Shown piece after piece: positions 59,884 to 64,000 of a stretch of 64,000 nucleotides of DNA; the first letter of the stretch is position 1; every line of letters begins with the position of its first letter. Both the position numbers and the translations under genes were made by a program. The notes under the pieces are model-generated. The model did no database searches. It saw nothing but the letters and a program-made list of their open reading frames with translations, and was not told the origin of the DNA. The DNA is from Owenia fusiformis (taxonomy: Eukaryota), in assembly GCA_903813345.2 (NCBI GenBank), contig CAIIXF020000001.1:22506001-22570000 (forward strand). The letters run 5' to 3'.

Positions 59884-61098
59884 CTATTATCACGGTGTTA
59901 TAGCATGACGGTTACGACACCTCTGAAAACAAGATCAGACGACTGCGATCACTGATTTATCCAATAAAATGGCCGCGATGGAACAGAAAACTAAGGTTGG
60001 TGCAGTATTTTCTTCTACTGTGTATCAATGAAAGGATGAACGATTTTTGTAGACATCGCATTCGGTGATGCATTTAGTAATGTATATTTTGAACGTATTC
60101 TTTGCAAATTGATGCCCGGGGCTAACAATGAAATAAGCGAAAAACTGTTGAGTTTGAAATTCAAAACTACACAAAATTTAGTAATTTGTTTATTTTTGTC
60201 GAAAGCCAATTGAGCATTGGAAACCACCTAATATGTTCTACTTAAGCCATAATATTGTATTTTTGATTTGCAGTTACGCCAAAAATTGATTGACGGTTGC
60301 GCGAACCTTGTTCAAATATGTATCCCAGATTCATTGTTATTAATTTTGTCATATTCATCAGTACTTGATGCTAATTCTTCTTTTGCCTCTTCATTGCTAT
60401 CTTTTTGACTTAAATTGGTTTCATTAATAAAGCAAGATTCAATTTTTACCTTGCCCTATAGAGGCTCAAACAAGAGCGTCCCTTACGAGTCCTGAAAACA
60501 AATATAAGCAATTCCATATTCCATTTCTTACCCATTATAACAATTACATGGAAAGAGGCTATCAGAACTAGCAACTTTAACTTGAAAGATGTACATGCAC
60601 GTAACCGTCCGCTAAATATCTAATGCACATCTAATACAATACGTTACCATCCATAGAATTCATACGTAGTCGTCTAACGACATTGCGTTTGAAACCTTAT
60701 TATTTACAATATGACCACGTTCCTGTTCTGGATTTGTCATTCTATGGCTTGTTTATACACAGTTTACTTAGTGTTAATAGTTTGAGTGGCTCCGAGGCAC
60801 ATATACTGAGAAATCACTAAAAAATATGAACTTGGACATTTCAGTCGGTAAGTTTACAGCTTATATTCCTCTTCTAGCAAACTACATGTACCTGGCAGAT
60901 TTGACCCAGTCTTTATAACCATCCATATATACGTCACCGAATGGAACTAGTTAAAAAGGAAATCTTATCTGTGAATCTTGCCTACAGGCGAGAAAGAGGA
61001 CATGCTGTCTTTCCCATCCGCCACTTTTTGCTATCGTTACCGCAAAATTGTGAAAATCGCTTTGTCGTAACCGTCATGCTATAACACCGTGATTATAG
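59884..61098. mobile_element. TA-flanked MITE with ~36-bp TIRs
   Basis: CTATTATCACGGTGTTATAGCATGACGGTTACGACA / TGTCGTAACCGTCATGCTATAACACCGTGATTATAG. Confidence 0.8.
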
Positions 61099-64000
61099 TA
61101 CTATTATTGTTTGACTGGCTTGAACTTCATTCAAACCCACTTTATAGTATACTATCTTTGTCTTACTTCCATTACTCCCCCCGACTGTTACTGTCAAGTC
61201 ATCCAGGGATGCTCTAATGAACGGCCGCCAATTACCTAAACATGTTCTGCTTTCTATTTGAAGAATTTTTCGCTTATTAAAGGCCCCGTGTAAAATGCAC
61301 TGGCTTATAATAGAAATAAAATTAGTACATTTTGTAACCCTATACCATCACAATTGTATTTATAAATCTATGAAATCTAATATGCATACAAATGAATGAT
61401 TGAAATAGTCTAACCTGAGAGATATAATAAATATATGTCTCTGGTTTAACTCACAAATTAGTACAATTTATAGTGTTGTATTTGATGATATATATGTAAA
61501 ACCTTTGCTACTTATAAAATGGTGGGAAATGAAATATTTGAGAATTAAGAAACCAACACATTTTTAAAGATAATTTTTTTAGAATAATGCCTCAAACAAT
61601 TTTTTCATGACATTATACCAAGCCTTCCTTTAAAGTATCATACTAGGGATGTTTTGGTATTGGATACTAGTATTATATTTGGGACTTTTTTGTTTTTATA
61701 TAAATCTTGTTTTTATATGAATCGTTTCCCTATTATTTGACTAAAATGATATACAGGATCAAAATTGTTTTTGAAATGACTGTTAAAATTGATAGAATAA
61801 TCTTGATTTTTCAGAAATAAATCAATTATTTAATGGAGCAAACATCAGCTTTTTGTCAACTACAATTGAATTTTAAAAATTTGCAGTTTTGTGTTTTTGC
61901 CACAACAAACCAATTCTGTAATACTTTCATAAACATTATTTTCTCATACCCCACATACAAGTTCTAGGATTTAGAGAAACAAATAATTTTATCTCTCAAA
62001 TGTTTGGATTAGCAAAAATAGGTCTGGGATATTCGGTTATTTTATTGATAACAGCTAGATTTGGACTTTTGAGTCACCAGTCCTGACAGATATAACAGTC
62101 AAGCCAAGTAAGTAAGTCAACATTCGAAAATAAAAATCTCAAAAATCGTACATCTTTGATTTCCAAAATAATTTGTGAGGTGGTTATTTAGATGATAATA
62201 CACATTTTAACGCACTAATTTTGAGTACATCTCGAATCCATTCTCAACAAAGCGTTCTCGAAATAAGTATTCGAAATGTTTGAGTTCGGGATGATAAAAG
62301 TACGTTAAGATATACCGCTCCTTAACAAACTCCTCTAGGAACAAGATATAGAATCAAATGCATATTCTTCCTATTTATTCCCTGACACATGCCAATGAAT
62401 GTTGCATAAGTAAATATCTCCGTTTTAAAAAATTTTGAAAACGTTGTTCTCTGCGGGTGCCATTTTTTATAATTGAAAAACAAAATTGAACAATTTGCAT
62501 TTCTAAATTGATAAGTTTCTTGGAATACAACTTAACTGTAAACGATTTAAGTCATTATTAATATTTCCCTTAGTGAACCCATGCTGAATAGACAGTAACT
62601 GGGTCAATGTTTTGTGTTCAACCTTGTTTTCATGACTTTTAAACATGAGTCGACGATTATGTAGGAAATTTCATTTTCAAATGGAAGCGTGTCAACTCCT
62701 GTTTTTGCACAATATTTAGCCCTTTATAATGATAGATCGCCAAAATATGTATGTACCTCTCAATTAGGCGATATGTTTTTCAATTTATAGATGTAAACTA
62801 TAAACTCAAACAAAAATTCAAACCACCCGCTCTATTATTTTGATTACACAAGACGAAATTTCCACTCCCGGGGAGCACTTTGGTATCACTTTGAAGGAGG
62901 ATTCTTGAAAAATCGTTCGAATTTTCACAAAAGGTTTCACGTAATTTTATTGCTATGTTTAAGCCTCGACTTATATTATACTCAAATCCGATGCCATAAT
63001 TATGAATCAAAATGAAACATTCAATTCACCAGGTTAAATAATAAACCGTTTTGAGAATTGATGATTTGAGTTAATTGTGGATATTTATATAAATGTAAGT
63101 TGGCATGTATTCGACAGTTAATGTACACACATGATGTATGCATCAACGTGTGACTTTTAATATCAATTCGTGACTATCACATTTGGCTTCAAAAAATTAA
63201 GTTGGAAATTACAGTGGTAGGAGATTAACGAAAACGTCAATCACATCCAAATATACGTACGACGTCAAGTATTAACAAAACACTTTTCGTGCATCTCGAA
63301 CATGGCAAGGTTCCGTTATCCAGGAATGTGCATTTTGAAAGAAAAAATTCACAAATAACAAAAAATTTCATTGAGTAGGATATTACTTTCGAAATCACAA
63401 CTTTCGAATTATTTTTTTTAACCAAGAATTGTAAGAACTTGAAACATGTTGTGAGTTTTTCAAACGGCATATCCTCATTCACGTTCTTTGACAAGGATGA
63501 ATCCATTTGAAAACATGGATTTTCTTGATTATTCTTCAAAACTACCCTTGAGATATAAGTATGTAGGATATTACAGTGTAAATTGACACGCATTTGTTTG
63601 CTCGATATCCTGAACAAATAAATGCAGTACCGTCTTGCAATATTTGAAAACCGAAAGTTCATTCTGTGTGTTAACAAGAAAAAATACATTTATGGTTGGT
63701 TCATAATGAAAAATGACGAATAACGTATATCTTTTGAAGTAGGGGTATACAGGGACACAGTGGAAAATCAGAAATTTAGGTCATATCCCAAAGATTGCTT
63801 CACCAATATGTAACAGAACATCAAAATTATCATTTACACGTTTGCTGATAGGTTTACTGAAAATAATTAACCAGAGGTTTACTTCAATTGTGGCACCATT
63901 CTTAGTAAATATTGATGAACATACGAATATCGAATGTTGACTAAGTTACTTGTCTTGACCGATAAGCTGAAGTACATTTGTACATGATCTTGGGAATTTT

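Noticed and set aside
63237-63689. 150-aa minus-strand ORF
   Set aside because: No recognisable domain and AT-rich, transposon-like context. I also found no convincing + strand exon for the 2A-leader gene in 59760-64000.

Overview
AT-rich animal genomic DNA, probably a marine invertebrate (inferred from the repeat types), with spliceosomal introns and dense transposon nests. Host genes: (1) four-exon NDUFB6 (complex I subunit B17) on + at 8919-14936; (2) a ~15-exon ferric-chelate reductase 1 (FRRS1/SDR2-type; reeler + DOMON + cytochrome b561) on - at ~31929-16363; (3) an intronless, bacterial-looking CapA/PGA_cap metallophosphatase ORF on + at 35159-36331, a horizontal-transfer candidate with altered metal ligands and a long hairpin over its stop codon; (4) a probable first coding exon at 41376-41565 encoding a hydrophobic leader that ends in a 2A-like StopGo motif (LLVIGGIEMNPGP), followed by a splice donor. 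Downstream of that exon is a five-level transposon nest (41811-59760): a Harbinger-like MITE tandem array > Kolobok-like MITE > Academ-like fold-back element > near-full-length RTE-X-like LINE > three further DNA elements. The remainder holds mariner relics, hAT/Tc1/Kolobok-like MITEs, a Helentron-type element, a tRNA-derived SINE, truncated LINEs and minisatellites. Family calls come from motif recognition by eye, not from database searches.
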